A model generated the notes under the pieces. The model saw only the letters and a program-made list of their open reading frames with translations, searched no databases and was not told the DNA's origin. From a virus, in IMG/VR virus record IMGVR_UViG_3300050501_000129: 64,000 nucleotides of DNA. One strand, written 5' to 3'. A program made the translations under genes and the position numbers. Positions 26,563-35,631 of this stretch are shown here, piece after piece. Positions within the stretch are counted from its first letter, which is position 1. Every line of letters begins with the position of its first letter.

Positions 26563-29500
26563 TACGCCTCCACCCGCAGATGTACCTCTATCACGTTGTT
26601 GTACCCCGTATCTTTTACCGAGACGACGCGGTAGTTAAGCCCCAGCGCCAGCAGCATCTCATCTTCACTCGGGTTAGCGCTGATTGACTTGATGAACGCC
26701 GCCGGTGTACCCGCTGGCAGATCGATCGTCAGGTGTACGTTTCCGCTCCACGTTCCGGACGAGACGCTCGTTGACAGCGGCGCGCGGTCGACAAACAGCT
26801 TGCCCTCTAGCTTCTTTATGTCGGCATACCCGGAGCCGTTGGTCAGTCCCGGAAACTGTGACGCTCCTGTCTTACGGAAGACGCGAACGCTCTCCGGCAG
26901 CGGCCGCATGCCCGCTTGGATGTTGACCGCGGTCCGCGCGGCGAGCAGCTTCGCGTCTTCAGACATGTACTTGACTTCATTGGTAAGATCACGGATAACT
27001 GGGTTCATCTCGCTGTAGTAACTGCCGGAGTACTTCGTTAGCGCGGCCTTCTGCGCGCTCGTCCAGGGGGCGCTAGCCAGCATCTGGTTCTGCAGCGTCT
27101 GTGCCGTAGAGATGTTGAGCGTCTTGAAGGTCTTCGCGTTGAGATCAGGCGTCCCGATCTGTCCCGGTGTCTTGATCTTCGCGAGGGTGTCGAGAACCGC
27201 CTGCGAGAAGTTCGACTTGTAGACGTGACCGTTGACCGTCGTGGGGGGCGGCGGGTGCAGCAGGTCGGTCGCGAACTTAGCACCGGCCGGCGTTTGCAGC
27301 CACGCGACGATCGCCTTCTCGTACGCGTTGGTGTTGGTGACCTCCGGCGCGCTCGCGTCCTTCTGCTTGGCAACCGCGTTGGCCTTGTTGGTCGACTGCT
27401 CATCGACGATCTTCAGTAGCTGCAGCAGATTGAGCTTAGGTACAAGTGAAAGCTTGCTATCCTCGTTGTGCTTCTCAAGAGTTTCGTGCAGCGCGGTGAA
27501 CAGCGTCTCAGGAGTCGAGCTAAGCGTGACAAATCCCACGCTGCTCTGCTTCTTAAACCTGTCGAATATCGCGCGTTGTGCTGCAGAACTCATGTCAACG
27601 GGAATCTGTCCGTGCATCTTCTGCAGCGTTGCGACGTCAAACTTCTCCTGCGGCTTTGGTTTTACAGCCGGCGCGGAGACGGCGGTAGACGGCGTCGGAC
27701 CGGACGTCGAGATCTTCGGCGCAACCGAGCTGGTGCCAAAGACGCCACCGGAGCCAATCGCCGAGTCACCCGCCGGCGGCTCAAACCAGTTGCTTCCCTT
27801 ACCAAACGCGGCGTACGCGTCTTTCTTGCTGTGGAACGTCACATTTGTCCACAACGAGTTATCATTCTGTGACTGTTCCTGCAGCACGAACTTCTTTAGG
27901 TTGTCGTTCCAGACCAACCGGCTAATCTGGTCAGTGTTGGGATTCTTGTGATAGCCGACGACCGCGCCGTTCTGGTACTTCGTCGTGTGAATCGTCTTGG
28001 TGCTGATCTTCATCGGCTTCTTGAGGTCGCTCGCCTTGATCGGTCCGAGCGTCGGCGCGGTGGGTGCGCTCGGCGTGACCAGAGTCATGACGCTTGGCGC
28101 GACGGCGGGAGCTGGCGCGACGGCGGGATCCGGCGTCACCGGCGCGTTGATCGGTGACGAGCTAGTCGACGTCGACGGCACGATCGTGGCAACTACGACG
28201 TGCTCGGTACCCATACCGAACTTGGCCCTGTCCTCCGCGGTGGCCTTGCGGACCTCGTCGATCCGGTAGCTCGTTCCCGCGGCGAGGATGATTTCGTGCT
28301 CACTGTGCCCCGGGATGCCCGCGTCCGCGTAGACGGCCGGCGTACCCTCAGGCGTGTTGACGATCATCTGGATCGGCTTTTTGGCGTAGTCGTACGAGAC
28401 GGCCTTGGTCTCGTCGACGGTCGTCGAGAAGAAGCCCTTGTCGGTCAGCGTCTGGCCCTCGAGCGCCTTGAGCTTGGTGAAGTCGGCCGCGATCGTGTTC
28501 TGTCCGAACGCCTGCGCGCCCGTACCGCGGAACAGCCGTAGGCTGGACGGCAGCGGCTTCATCGCGTTCTGTAGGTTGACGGCGTGTTTGACGCCGTCCT
28601 GCAGCTGCGCGTCGCTGAACTTAGCGAGCTGGTTCTTGTCATCACGCAAGACCGCATTCATGCTGCGGTATCCGACGCTGGTGCCGTACTTCTTTATGGC
28701 AGCGATCTGTCCCGAGTTCCACGCGCCAGAGTCAGCAAACATCGACTTCTGCAGCTTGTCAGCCTGCGTCGGCGTGATAACGCTGTAGATCGCGTTCTTG
28801 ACCGGCGCGTTGGGCGTGCCGATCTCGCTGACCTTCTTGATCTTTCCGTGCACATCGACGTAAAACTTGCTACCAATCGTCGCCGATACCGTCGCCGGTA
28901 CCGACGTCTTAACCGGTGGTCTAGCCGTCACAGTCGCCGTTGGCGTAGGTGTAGCGCTCTGCCACTCCTCAATCTTCTGCTTCGGTGTGTTGAATCCCCA
29001 CACGTCAGCCTCGTTCGCGAGCAGCTTCAGCTTCTGCTGCTGCGGCGCGTCCAGCTGGTCCCAGTCGTTGGCGGTAACGCCCTTTGTGTGCAGATCGAAC
29101 CAGTCGGCGAACGCCGCCGGCGCAATCAGGTGACTAACGTCCTTGATGTCTTGGTCGAGCTTCTGCGCGACGGCACCGGCGCCGCCCTTGCCGGCTATGA
29201 AGCCTTTGATCTTGTCGCTAAACTTCTGCCCGAGCGGCGCGTTGACGTCGTAGAACGGTGCTTCATGAGCAATCACAGCCTGGTCAGACGCGGACAGCTT
29301 ATCGAAGTCGTCCTGCGTCAGCTTGGTGAAAAAGTCTGCGACAACGTGTGGTGGATCGTTATAGAAGTCAGGTATAGCTACGCCTGACCCGGATGGTGAC
29401 GTCAGCGGCGCCATGTTGAGCAGCGCCTCAGAGATGTTTGTGTGTTCAATCTTCGAAAGCTTACCCTGCAGCATCAATGTGGTATTTACCGCGTCAATCC

Positions 29501-32453
29501 CGTTGATGTCTGCGGGTGAAAACTTCTCGAGATCTTTCGGCGTCAGCGACAGCAGCCACGCGACCTTCTTATCTACCGGTAGCTGTAGGAACTTCTTAAA
29601 GGTGTCGACGTCACCAGTCTTCAGGGTAGATGGCACCGCCGGAGCTGCAACCGGCGCAGCTGATGGCGCTACCGGTTGCGTCCAGCCAGTCTGCTTCGAG
29701 AACTTCTTGTAGGCATCACCCTTGGTGAACAGGTGTTGTCCGAACGCGGGTCCCCAGTTACCAGACGGAGTCTTCTGCTGCAGGTTAAATTTCTTGAGAT
29801 TCTCACTCCACACCAGTCGTTGGTCACCTTTTTCGGCAACTACAGTGCCGTCCGCATACTTCGTCTTGTAGATCGCGACGGTGTTGAGCTTGATCGGCGC
29901 ACCGAGCGCCGGCGTCGCTCCGGGCGACTGAGCCAGGAGGGTCTTCATCTTAGAGGGAGCAACCGGTGGAGTCGCAGGGGCCGGCAACGGTGGTGCAGTT
30001 AGCGGCACCGGTGTATGCGGCTCAAACCAGCCCGTCTCCTTCGAGAACTTGGCATAGGCGTCCTTCTTGGTGTAGGCCTTGACGGTCGTCCAGTTGCCGT
30101 CCGCGTCGGCGCCCTGCAGCAGAAACTTCTTCTGGCCGGCATCCCACACCAGGCGTGACGGTCCCGCGTGCGCGTAGTTCTTCTCTGCGACGACGGCGCC
30201 GTCGGCATACTTGGTCGTGTAGATGACCTTGGTGTTGATATGAATTGGCTCAGCGTCGGTCATTGTGATTGGACCGTACTTAGACGGCAGTGTCTTCTTC
30301 GGTAACGTCGTCGCCTTCTTGGCAAACTTGCCCTCAGAATCACGCGGATGCTTCGCCTCGTCAGCCGCGGTCCACTCATCACTCGACGCCGTCACCAGGT
30401 CATAATAATCCTGGTTCGTGACGGTAGGCGAACCGGCTGTCATCGTTATGACATGAAAACCAGCGATCAGCGGCTCGTCGTACTTGGCGAGGATGTTGTC
30501 GATCTCCGCAGCCAGCGGCGCGACCAGCCGGTCGCGCGTCATCATCTCGCGGATCTGCTCCTCGGTGAGCCAGACGGCCTTCCACAGCTCACCCTCCTGG
30601 CGGTCGACCCGCGGTGTGAACTGCTCCGGCGCGTCCGCGACCACGTTCGTGTAGCGCCACGGTGGCTTACCCTCGACCGGCCGCAGGATCGAGTGCTCCC
30701 CGCGCGGCTGCAGGCTCTCAAGCAGCTCCGGCGTCGCCCCGATCTCCTCAAAGGCCTCACGCGCCGCGCCCTGCGCCGGCGTCTCGTTCTGCTCCAGCGC
30801 GCCGCCGGGCAGCTGCCACTTCCACTGGTTCTTGCCGGGGTTGGCGCGCTGGACTAGCAGGTAGCGCGGCGTACCTCGTTCATCAACGTGCCGCATCATG
30901 ACGCCGGCGGCGCCGTATTTTCCCCACATGCCGGGCGCGTACATACCGTCGCCGGACTTGCCCCGCAGCTCCTCCGGCAAGATGGTGAACGGTGACTTAG
31001 TGCCGAAGCGGCCGTCCGCGTCACGCGGGTGCTTCAGTTCGTCCTGCGGAGTCCACGCAGCCGTTTCGACACGATCCAAGTTAAGAACCCAAGCCTTAAG
31101 CAGTCCTAGTGGACCCCGCGCTGCTGCCCGGTGATGTCCGTCAATCAGATACGGTTTACCGTTCTTGATTATGACGAATGGATCAGCATCTCCGACCTCG
31201 TCATCACCGATCGCGTTGTCGTCTTCATCTTGTGTCGGAGTCAGTTCAATGACTTGAAACGTGTCTCGATAAAAGCTCTTATCTTTCTCAAAGTCGACGT
31301 TATCGGGTCCCGGCATGAGGTGCCCGTAGTCAAACTGTATGTCCTGTACCGGCGCGTACTTAAACGGTCCCCACGCACCGAGTTCACGTTTTCTTGGTTG
31401 CACATTGGATGCAACGCGCACCTTTAACGGTGGCCGTGGCGTCGACTTCTTTTTCTCAACGTTGTTAATGTGAGACTTTCGATCATATTGTCCCGACTGG
31501 ATCGTTACTATGTCTCCATTTATCTCCTTAATAACTCCTGAACCGGCGTTATCCTCGACTAAATCACCGACAGATACCTTCTTATCGGTGAACTGCCCCT
31601 GATGATCACGCGGGTGTTTGTCTTCATCCTCCGGCGTCCACGCAGCCGCAGTGATCGGCTCGTCATCAGAGTCTTCGGAGTCGTCAGTGAAGACGTACGC
31701 AACGGTGCACCGGCAGTTGATGACGTTCTCCGGCCGGCCAGTCGGGTCACCCGGCACCTGCAGAAAGTCACCGTCTACCTGGAACGGCTGGTTGACGCCG
31801 ACGCGCTGTCCGTCCGCCAGCCGGTGCGCCTCGCGAGTACGCGCGTCGTTCGTCGCCAGCCACTCCTTCTGGCACTCGGCGTCGGTGAACTCGGCAACCT
31901 TAAGCTGCTGCAGTGAGCCAAAGTTCGCGGCCGGCACGACCTCGGTACGCGCGATCATCTGGGCGTGCGGCTCAGAGATCTTGGCTACGCCGCGCAAGCG
32001 CGTCGCCAACTGGGTGATCGACTCGCCGGCCTCGTAACCGAGCGCCAGCTGGGTGCGCATGTCGTCCCAGACGACGTCCCCGATACCGGTGAGCCGGTTC
32101 TTGGCACCGGCCAGGTAGGTCGCCGCCAGGTCATAGGTGATCTTGGGAACACCGGCCGGCAGCGCGGCGTGGATGTCCTCTGCCGCGTCGACGAACGTCT
32201 GGACGACGTACGGGAACAGGACGTCGTCAACTTCCTGCGTCCACGTCGTCGTAACGACACCCAGCGCACCTGCGGGAATCGTCGGGTTCGGCGGGGGCGG
32301 CTCGGCGAACAGCGTGATCTCGGTAGCCGCAGTCATAACTGAGCCGTAGTTGATCGCGCGTAGCGCGCGTCGGATCGCCCGCGTTGTGAGGCCGTCAAAC
32401 ACCCTCTCGCGGGTCTCCAGCTCGTCGCTGGTTAGACCAACCGCGCGCCGCAT
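26562..32453 (-). CDS. MuF (SPP1 gp7-like) polyvalent virion protein with ParB-like, Nudix and two ADP-ribosyltransferase domains
   Basis: 1963 aa. MuF motif TNDARTREAHRLADGQ...NCRC (aa ~100-256). ParB-like PYLIDGHHRAAA (aa ~360-460). Nudix box G551-x5-E-x7-REAFEEIGA. ART1 has R1309 (LFRGTG), STT (FFSTTV) and ExE (SEHEI). ART2 has R1860 (VFRKTG), STS (LSTSV) and ExE (EDEML). Confidence 0.9.
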   Translation of the reverse strand: MRRAVGLTSDELETRERVFDGLTTRAIRRALRAINYGSVMTAATEITLFAEPPPPNPTIPAGALGVVTTTWTQEVDDVLFPYVVQTFVDAAEDIHAALPAGVPKITYDLAATYLAGAKNRLTGIGDVVWDDMRTQLALGYEAGESITQLATRLRGVAKISEPHAQMIARTEVVPAANFGSLQQLKVAEFTDAECQKEWLATNDARTREAHRLADGQRVGVNQPFQVDGDFLQVPGDPTGRPENVINCRCTVAYVFTDDSEDSDDEPITAAAWTPEDEDKHPRDHQGQFTDKKVSVGDLVEDNAGSGVIKEINGDIVTIQSGQYDRKSHINNVEKKKSTPRPPLKVRVASNVQPRKRELGAWGPFKYAPVQDIQFDYGHLMPGPDNVDFEKDKSFYRDTFQVIELTPTQDEDDNAIGDDEVGDADPFVIIKNGKPYLIDGHHRAAARGPLGLLKAWVLNLDRVETAAWTPQDELKHPRDADGRFGTKSPFTILPEELRGKSGDGMYAPGMWGKYGAAGVMMRHVDERGTPRYLLVQRANPGKNQWKWQLPGGALEQNETPAQGAAREAFEEIGATPELLESLQPRGEHSILRPVEGKPPWRYTNVVADAPEQFTPRVDRQEGELWKAVWLTEEQIREMMTRDRLVAPLAAEIDNILAKYDEPLIAGFHVITMTAGSPTVTNQDYYDLVTASSDEWTAADEAKHPRDSEGKFAKKATTLPKKTLPSKYGPITMTDAEPIHINTKVIYTTKYADGAVVAEKNYAHAGPSRLVWDAGQKKFLLQGADADGNWTTVKAYTKKDAYAKFSKETGWFEPHTPVPLTAPPLPAPATPPVAPSKMKTLLAQSPGATPALGAPIKLNTVAIYKTKYADGTVVAEKGDQRLVWSENLKKFNLQQKTPSGNWGPAFGQHLFTKGDAYKKFSKQTGWTQPVAPSAAPVAAPAVPSTLKTGDVDTFKKFLQLPVDKKVAWLLSLTPKDLEKFSPADINGIDAVNTTLMLQGKLSKIEHTNISEALLNMAPLTSPSGSGVAIPDFYNDPPHVVADFFTKLTQDDFDKLSASDQAVIAHEAPFYDVNAPLGQKFSDKIKGFIAGKGGAGAVAQKLDQDIKDVSHLIAPAAFADWFDLHTKGVTANDWDQLDAPQQQKLKLLANEADVWGFNTPKQKIEEWQSATPTPTATVTARPPVKTSVPATVSATIGSKFYVDVHGKIKKVSEIGTPNAPVKNAIYSVITPTQADKLQKSMFADSGAWNSGQIAAIKKYGTSVGYRSMNAVLRDDKNQLAKFSDAQLQDGVKHAVNLQNAMKPLPSSLRLFRGTGAQAFGQNTIAADFTKLKALEGQTLTDKGFFSTTVDETKAVSYDYAKKPIQMIVNTPEGTPAVYADAGIPGHSEHEIILAAGTSYRIDEVRKATAEDRAKFGMGTEHVVVATIVPSTSTSSSPINAPVTPDPAVAPAPAVAPSVMTLVTPSAPTAPTLGPIKASDLKKPMKISTKTIHTTKYQNGAVVGYHKNPNTDQISRLVWNDNLKKFVLQEQSQNDNSLWTNVTFHSKKDAYAAFGKGSNWFEPPAGDSAIGSGGVFGTSSVAPKISTSGPTPSTAVSAPAVKPKPQEKFDVATLQKMHGQIPVDMSSAAQRAIFDRFKKQSSVGFVTLSSTPETLFTALHETLEKHNEDSKLSLVPKLNLLQLLKIVDEQSTNKANAVAKQKDASAPEVTNTNAYEKAIVAWLQTPAGAKFATDLLHPPPPTTVNGHVYKSNFSQAVLDTLAKIKTPGQIGTPDLNAKTFKTLNISTAQTLQNQMLASAPWTSAQKAALTKYSGSYYSEMNPVIRDLTNEVKYMSEDAKLLAARTAVNIQAGMRPLPESVRVFRKTGASQFPGLTNGSGYADIKKLEGKLFVDRAPLSTSVSSGTWSGNVHLTIDLPAGTPAAFIKSISANPSEDEMLLALGLNYRVVSVKDTGYNNVIEVHLRVEA

Positions 32454-34064
32454 CTACGGCCTCCTCGGGCCGCTCGCGGCGCCAGACGGCGCATCTCGCT
32501 TGGCGGCCGCGCCGTTGGTCGCGCCGGATGGGGGTCCGGCGGCCGGCGCACCCGCGGCGGGCCGGCCAGGACCCATGGGAAGCGCGCCGGCCACCGAGCC
32601 GTCGGGAAGGATGTCGCCGGCCTTGGGCGGCTCTGGCTTGTCCTCCGGGTACAGGAGGAAGTACGCGTCGGACAGCGGCACACCCGCGACGGTCGCGTTG
32701 GTGAGCAGCATCCGGCGCAGCTCCTCGTCGTTGGGCTGGTCGGCCTTGTCCAGACCGATCACCTTGCGGTAGGCCACGTCGTCGATCGACATGCGCGTGC
32801 GCGCGTCGATCGCGTTCTGTGAGTTGTCGGGCTTCTGGATCAGGTCAGACGCGTCATACCAGACGACGCTACGACCCTCATCATTCTTGATCGGCAGGCC
32901 GGCAGCGCGCATGATCGGCCACAGGTACTTCTCGGTCAGGCCACCGACCAGGATCTCGATCGTCGACCCGAAGATGTACTTGATGTTATCCTCGGAGTCG
33001 ACATACGCGTTCCAGTGGTTGAGGTCGCTCTTGCCTTGCATAGCCTCGGGCGGCGCGGGCAGCTGCTTGGACAGGTTAGCTAGCGCCGCGGCACGTGCCT
33101 CGATGACCTTCGAGTCGATGCCAGTCGCGATGATGAGGTGCTTGAACTTCTCGATGAACTCGGCGGGAACGCGCAGCGGCACGGGAATGGCGCTGGCTGG
33201 CGAGCCCGGATCCCGGATGCCGCGCGACGCGATCGCAATCAGCTCAGCGATGAACGGGTCTGGCGCGTCCTTGAACTGTGGGTTGACCGGGAACGTGACC
33301 TCAGACGGGATGAACAGGAAACCGTTGAAGACCAGGCGAGACAGCAACGTCGCGATGATGTGCCGGTTGTACAGGTCGATCTCACGCAGCGTCGTGATCG
33401 CGGGACGCGCCCAGCTGGTGACCTCGTAGTCGAGCTCGTCGTCTGGCCGAAAGATGCGCGCGACCAGTGACGACGGCGCCAGCTGCCGCCACTCGTTGGG
33501 CGCTATCCGGACGTCGAATCCGGCAAGCAGCGGCTTACCGTCATCACCACGAACGATCTGATTGGTTATCGGATCACGGAACGGCTTCTGCGACCGCCGG
33601 ATCTGCTTGGCGGACTTGACCTCAAAGACGCGCGAGTCGCCGTCGACGTCGCCTACCTCATCTTCACCGATGAAGTACCCGACGCCGGCCACGCCGAGGT
33701 GCCGGCCCCACTTGTACAGGTACTGCGTCTCGCCGCCGCGGGCGTTGATCACTAGATCGTCGACGTACTGTGCGGCGGGTCCCTTGTCGGTCATCTCGGG
33801 TTCACGGATGCCGGGCTTCTGGTTGGCCGCGACCAGGTGCATGCGGCTGATGCCCGCAGAGAACCAGTCCATCACCGAGCCGAACTCGCCAATGGAGCGG
33901 GTGAACTCCCACATCTCATCCTGCCACGTCTTGTACTGCAGGGCGTACTGCTCACGCGCGGCGCCGGACAGCGTCTGCGCGGAACCGACCAGGATCTGCG
34001 GGTTGACCTGGTCTAGCGGCGCCGGCAGCCGGGGCCGGGTTCGTGCGGCGGGAGCGTTAGCCAC
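32454..34064 (-). CDS. portal protein
   Basis: 536 aa, immediately upstream of the MuF gene (canonical portal-MuF pairing). The C-terminus is Pro/Ala/Gly-rich. Confidence 0.8.
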   Translation of the reverse strand: MANAPAARTRPRLPAPLDQVNPQILVGSAQTLSGAAREQYALQYKTWQDEMWEFTRSIGEFGSVMDWFSAGISRMHLVAANQKPGIREPEMTDKGPAAQYVDDLVINARGGETQYLYKWGRHLGVAGVGYFIGEDEVGDVDGDSRVFEVKSAKQIRRSQKPFRDPITNQIVRGDDGKPLLAGFDVRIAPNEWRQLAPSSLVARIFRPDDELDYEVTSWARPAITTLREIDLYNRHIIATLLSRLVFNGFLFIPSEVTFPVNPQFKDAPDPFIAELIAIASRGIRDPGSPASAIPVPLRVPAEFIEKFKHLIIATGIDSKVIEARAAALANLSKQLPAPPEAMQGKSDLNHWNAYVDSEDNIKYIFGSTIEILVGGLTEKYLWPIMRAAGLPIKNDEGRSVVWYDASDLIQKPDNSQNAIDARTRMSIDDVAYRKVIGLDKADQPNDEELRRMLLTNATVAGVPLSDAYFLLYPEDKPEPPKAGDILPDGSVAGALPMGPGRPAAGAPAAGPPSGATNGAAAKRDAPSGAASGPRRP

Positions 34065-34074
34065 CGGTCACCTC

Positions 34075-34458
34075 CTAGTCGGGCTCACGTTGAGCGATCA
34101 GACCGGTGACGGACGACGCGACCAGCGTCATCAGTACCCACAGCATCGTCTCGTGCCAGCGCCACGTCAGGTACGTTAGGCCAGCACCGACCCAGATCGA
34201 AGTGCACCAGTCGCACTCCCAGGCATACGCGAGCGACCGCATGACCAGGTTCGTGTCGTGTCCGCTCATCGAGACCCGGCCGCGCTCCTCCGGTGGCGCA
34301 TCCGCGTAGACGCCCCACCGCGTGACGAACTTGTCGCGCATGACACAGTACAGTGGGAACTTGTCACGCGTCACCCAGCGGGTGATCCGGTGCGTCCCGA
34401 GCGCGAGCAGAATTACCGTCACGGAGAAGAGACCAACTGACACGCGCAGATCGTACAA
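34075..34458 (-). CDS. DUF1360-like integral membrane protein
   Basis: 127 aa with multiple TM segments and the WECDWCTSIW motif characteristic of DUF1360. TTG start with GGAGA RBS. Confidence 0.65.
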   Translation of the reverse strand: MYDLRVSVGLFSVTVILLALGTHRITRWVTRDKFPLYCVMRDKFVTRWGVYADAPPEERGRVSMSGHDTNLVMRSLAYAWECDWCTSIWVGAGLTYLTWRWHETMLWVLMTLVASSVTGLIAQREPD

Positions 34459-34473
34459 CGGATCTCCGAGCGG

Positions 34474-34545
34474 GCCGAAAAACGACGAAGGGGCCGTCCC
34501 GCGCTCGCTCCGGCATAGGAACGGAGGCGAGGGGACGGCCCCTTC
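34474..34545 (-). terminator. strong rho-independent terminator downstream of the SsgA-like gene
   Basis: 14-bp perfect GC-rich stem (GAAGGGGCCGTCCC / GGGACGGCCCCTTC) with further pairing inside the loop. On the minus strand it is followed by GTCGTTTTTCGG. Confidence 0.7.
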
Positions 34546-34681
34546 TCTGTGCGTTGACGCAGAAGCGGCGTACGCGCAGTTTGACCTGGGATGCGCGTTT
34601 CTCGTTATGAAGCTGAGCGGCTTCCGAGATGTCGCTTCTTACCGGCGGGTTTGCTGCTACCGGCTTGACGTCACCGTTAAG

Positions 34682-35095
34682 CTATGAGAATATCTTATCC
34701 AGGGCGTCGTTGACGGACTTGCGCAGCGTCTTCGGCGCGATCGCGTTGACGTCATCTAGGAAGCGCGCGACGTCCAGCGCGTTGCAGACCAGGTACGTGT
34801 GCTTCTCGCCCGTCGGTACGTGCGTAGCCAGCCGCAGCGACAGCAGCGTGGGATCGGACATACGCAGCTGCAGCGACGCGACACCGCTGGGCATCGGGAT
34901 ACCCGGAACGCAGCTCGCCAGCGCGTCCGAGAAGTGCTGGCGGTCAAGCTGCCAGAACTCGTCGGTGCCCTCCGCGTGCAGGGTCAGCGCGAACGGGTCG
35001 TCATCCTCGTAGGTCCACATCACCGATATGCCGCCATGATCATGCATCTTTCGGCAGCTGACGACGGTCAAGATCCGCATGTTCTTCGTAGTCAT
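34682..35095 (-). CDS. SsgA/SsgB-like sporulation-specific cell division protein (SALP)
   Basis: 137 aa from ATG 35095 (GAGGAGAG RBS). WTYEDDDPFALTLHAEGTDEFWQLDRQHFSDAL and PTLLSLRL..HVPTGEKHTYL..ALDVARFL follow the SsgA-like family pattern. The longer track ORF (to 35266) is an upstream shadow. Confidence 0.7.
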   Translation of the reverse strand: MTTKNMRILTVVSCRKMHDHGGISVMWTYEDDDPFALTLHAEGTDEFWQLDRQHFSDALASCVPGIPMPSGVASLQLRMSDPTLLSLRLATHVPTGEKHTYLVCNALDVARFLDDVNAIAPKTLRKSVNDALDKIFS

Positions 35096-35108
35096 CTCTC
35101 TTCTCTCC

Positions 35109-35258
35109 TCACCTGGCGGTTGCGGTGATTTCCGCGACGCAGTCCGGGCAGAGCAGCAGCTCGACGCCGTTGTCCGCGCGGACGGAGACCAGTTCGGTCT
35201 CTGGCACGATCTCACCCATCCGCTCGCAGCGGCCCAGGTGATCAGTGTACTCGTACAT
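35109..35258 (-). CDS. possible small Cys-containing protein (49 aa)
   Basis: GAGGAG RBS precedes the ATG at 35258. The product is MYEYTDHLGRCERMGEIVPETELVSVRADNGVELLLCPDCVAEITATAR. It is below the track cutoff. Confidence 0.45.
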   Translation of the reverse strand: MYEYTDHLGRCERMGEIVPETELVSVRADNGVELLLCPDCVAEITATAR

Positions 35259-35286
35259 CTTCTCACTCCTCACTTTAGCTTACGCG

Positions 35287-35360
35287 TAGACCGCGCGGGG
35301 CTCGAACCCGCGACCTCCGGATTGAGAGTCCGGTGTGCTAACCAGCTGCACCAGCGGTCC
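35287..35360 (-). tRNA. tRNA-Glu (anticodon CUC)
   Basis: Hand-folded 74-nt cloverleaf: acceptor GGACCGC/GCGGTCT (G1-U72), D stem GTGC/GCAC, anticodon stem CCGGA/TCCGG with loop CTCTCAA, T arm GCGGG-TTCGAGC-CCCGC. CCA is not encoded. Confidence 0.8.
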
Positions 35361-35443
35361 CTAGTTGAGGCGGTGTACGCAGCTTGTTTCCACGTACAGG
35401 CCTTGTGCTCCTTCGGGTTTTTCTCCCTCTCCGACACTCAACG

Positions 35444-35516
35444 TGCATGATGCAGGATTCGAACCCGCCCATTCTGCTTGGAAGGCAGACATGCTAGCCA
35501 CTAACATCAATCATGC
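35444..35516 (-). tRNA. tRNA-Gly (anticodon UCC)
   Basis: Hand-folded 73-nt cloverleaf: acceptor GCATGAT/ATCATGC, anticodon stem TCTGC/GCAGA with loop CTTCCAA, T arm GCGGG-TTCGAAT-CCTGC. Confidence 0.85.
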
Positions 35517-35631
35517 ATTTTGTGATCCGCGGTGGTGAAGGGTCAGACTATGCCCTACGCCCCGTCTCCTACGGGAGCACCCAGTCCCTTGGCCTTCGGG
35601 ATCTGCTTTACCGCGGATCTAGTTCATATTA

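Noticed and set aside
26689-32772. Many 60-270-aa ORFs on both strands inside the MuF and portal genes
   Set aside because: They are nested in or antisense to a continuous 1963-aa ORF with multiple recognisable domains. Their translations are low-complexity.
34448-34458. 11-mer TTGTACGATCT shared between 34458 (minus strand) and 48507 (plus strand) as a possible common regulatory motif
   Set aside because: A single 11-mer match is expected many times by chance in 64 kb on two strands. The flanks are not conserved.
34682-35266. 194-aa version of the SsgA-like ORF
   Set aside because: The N-terminal 57 codons are Arg/Ser/Cys-rich and lack an RBS. A strong RBS precedes ATG 35095, and a separate small ORF (35109..35258) in another frame better explains the upstream sequence.
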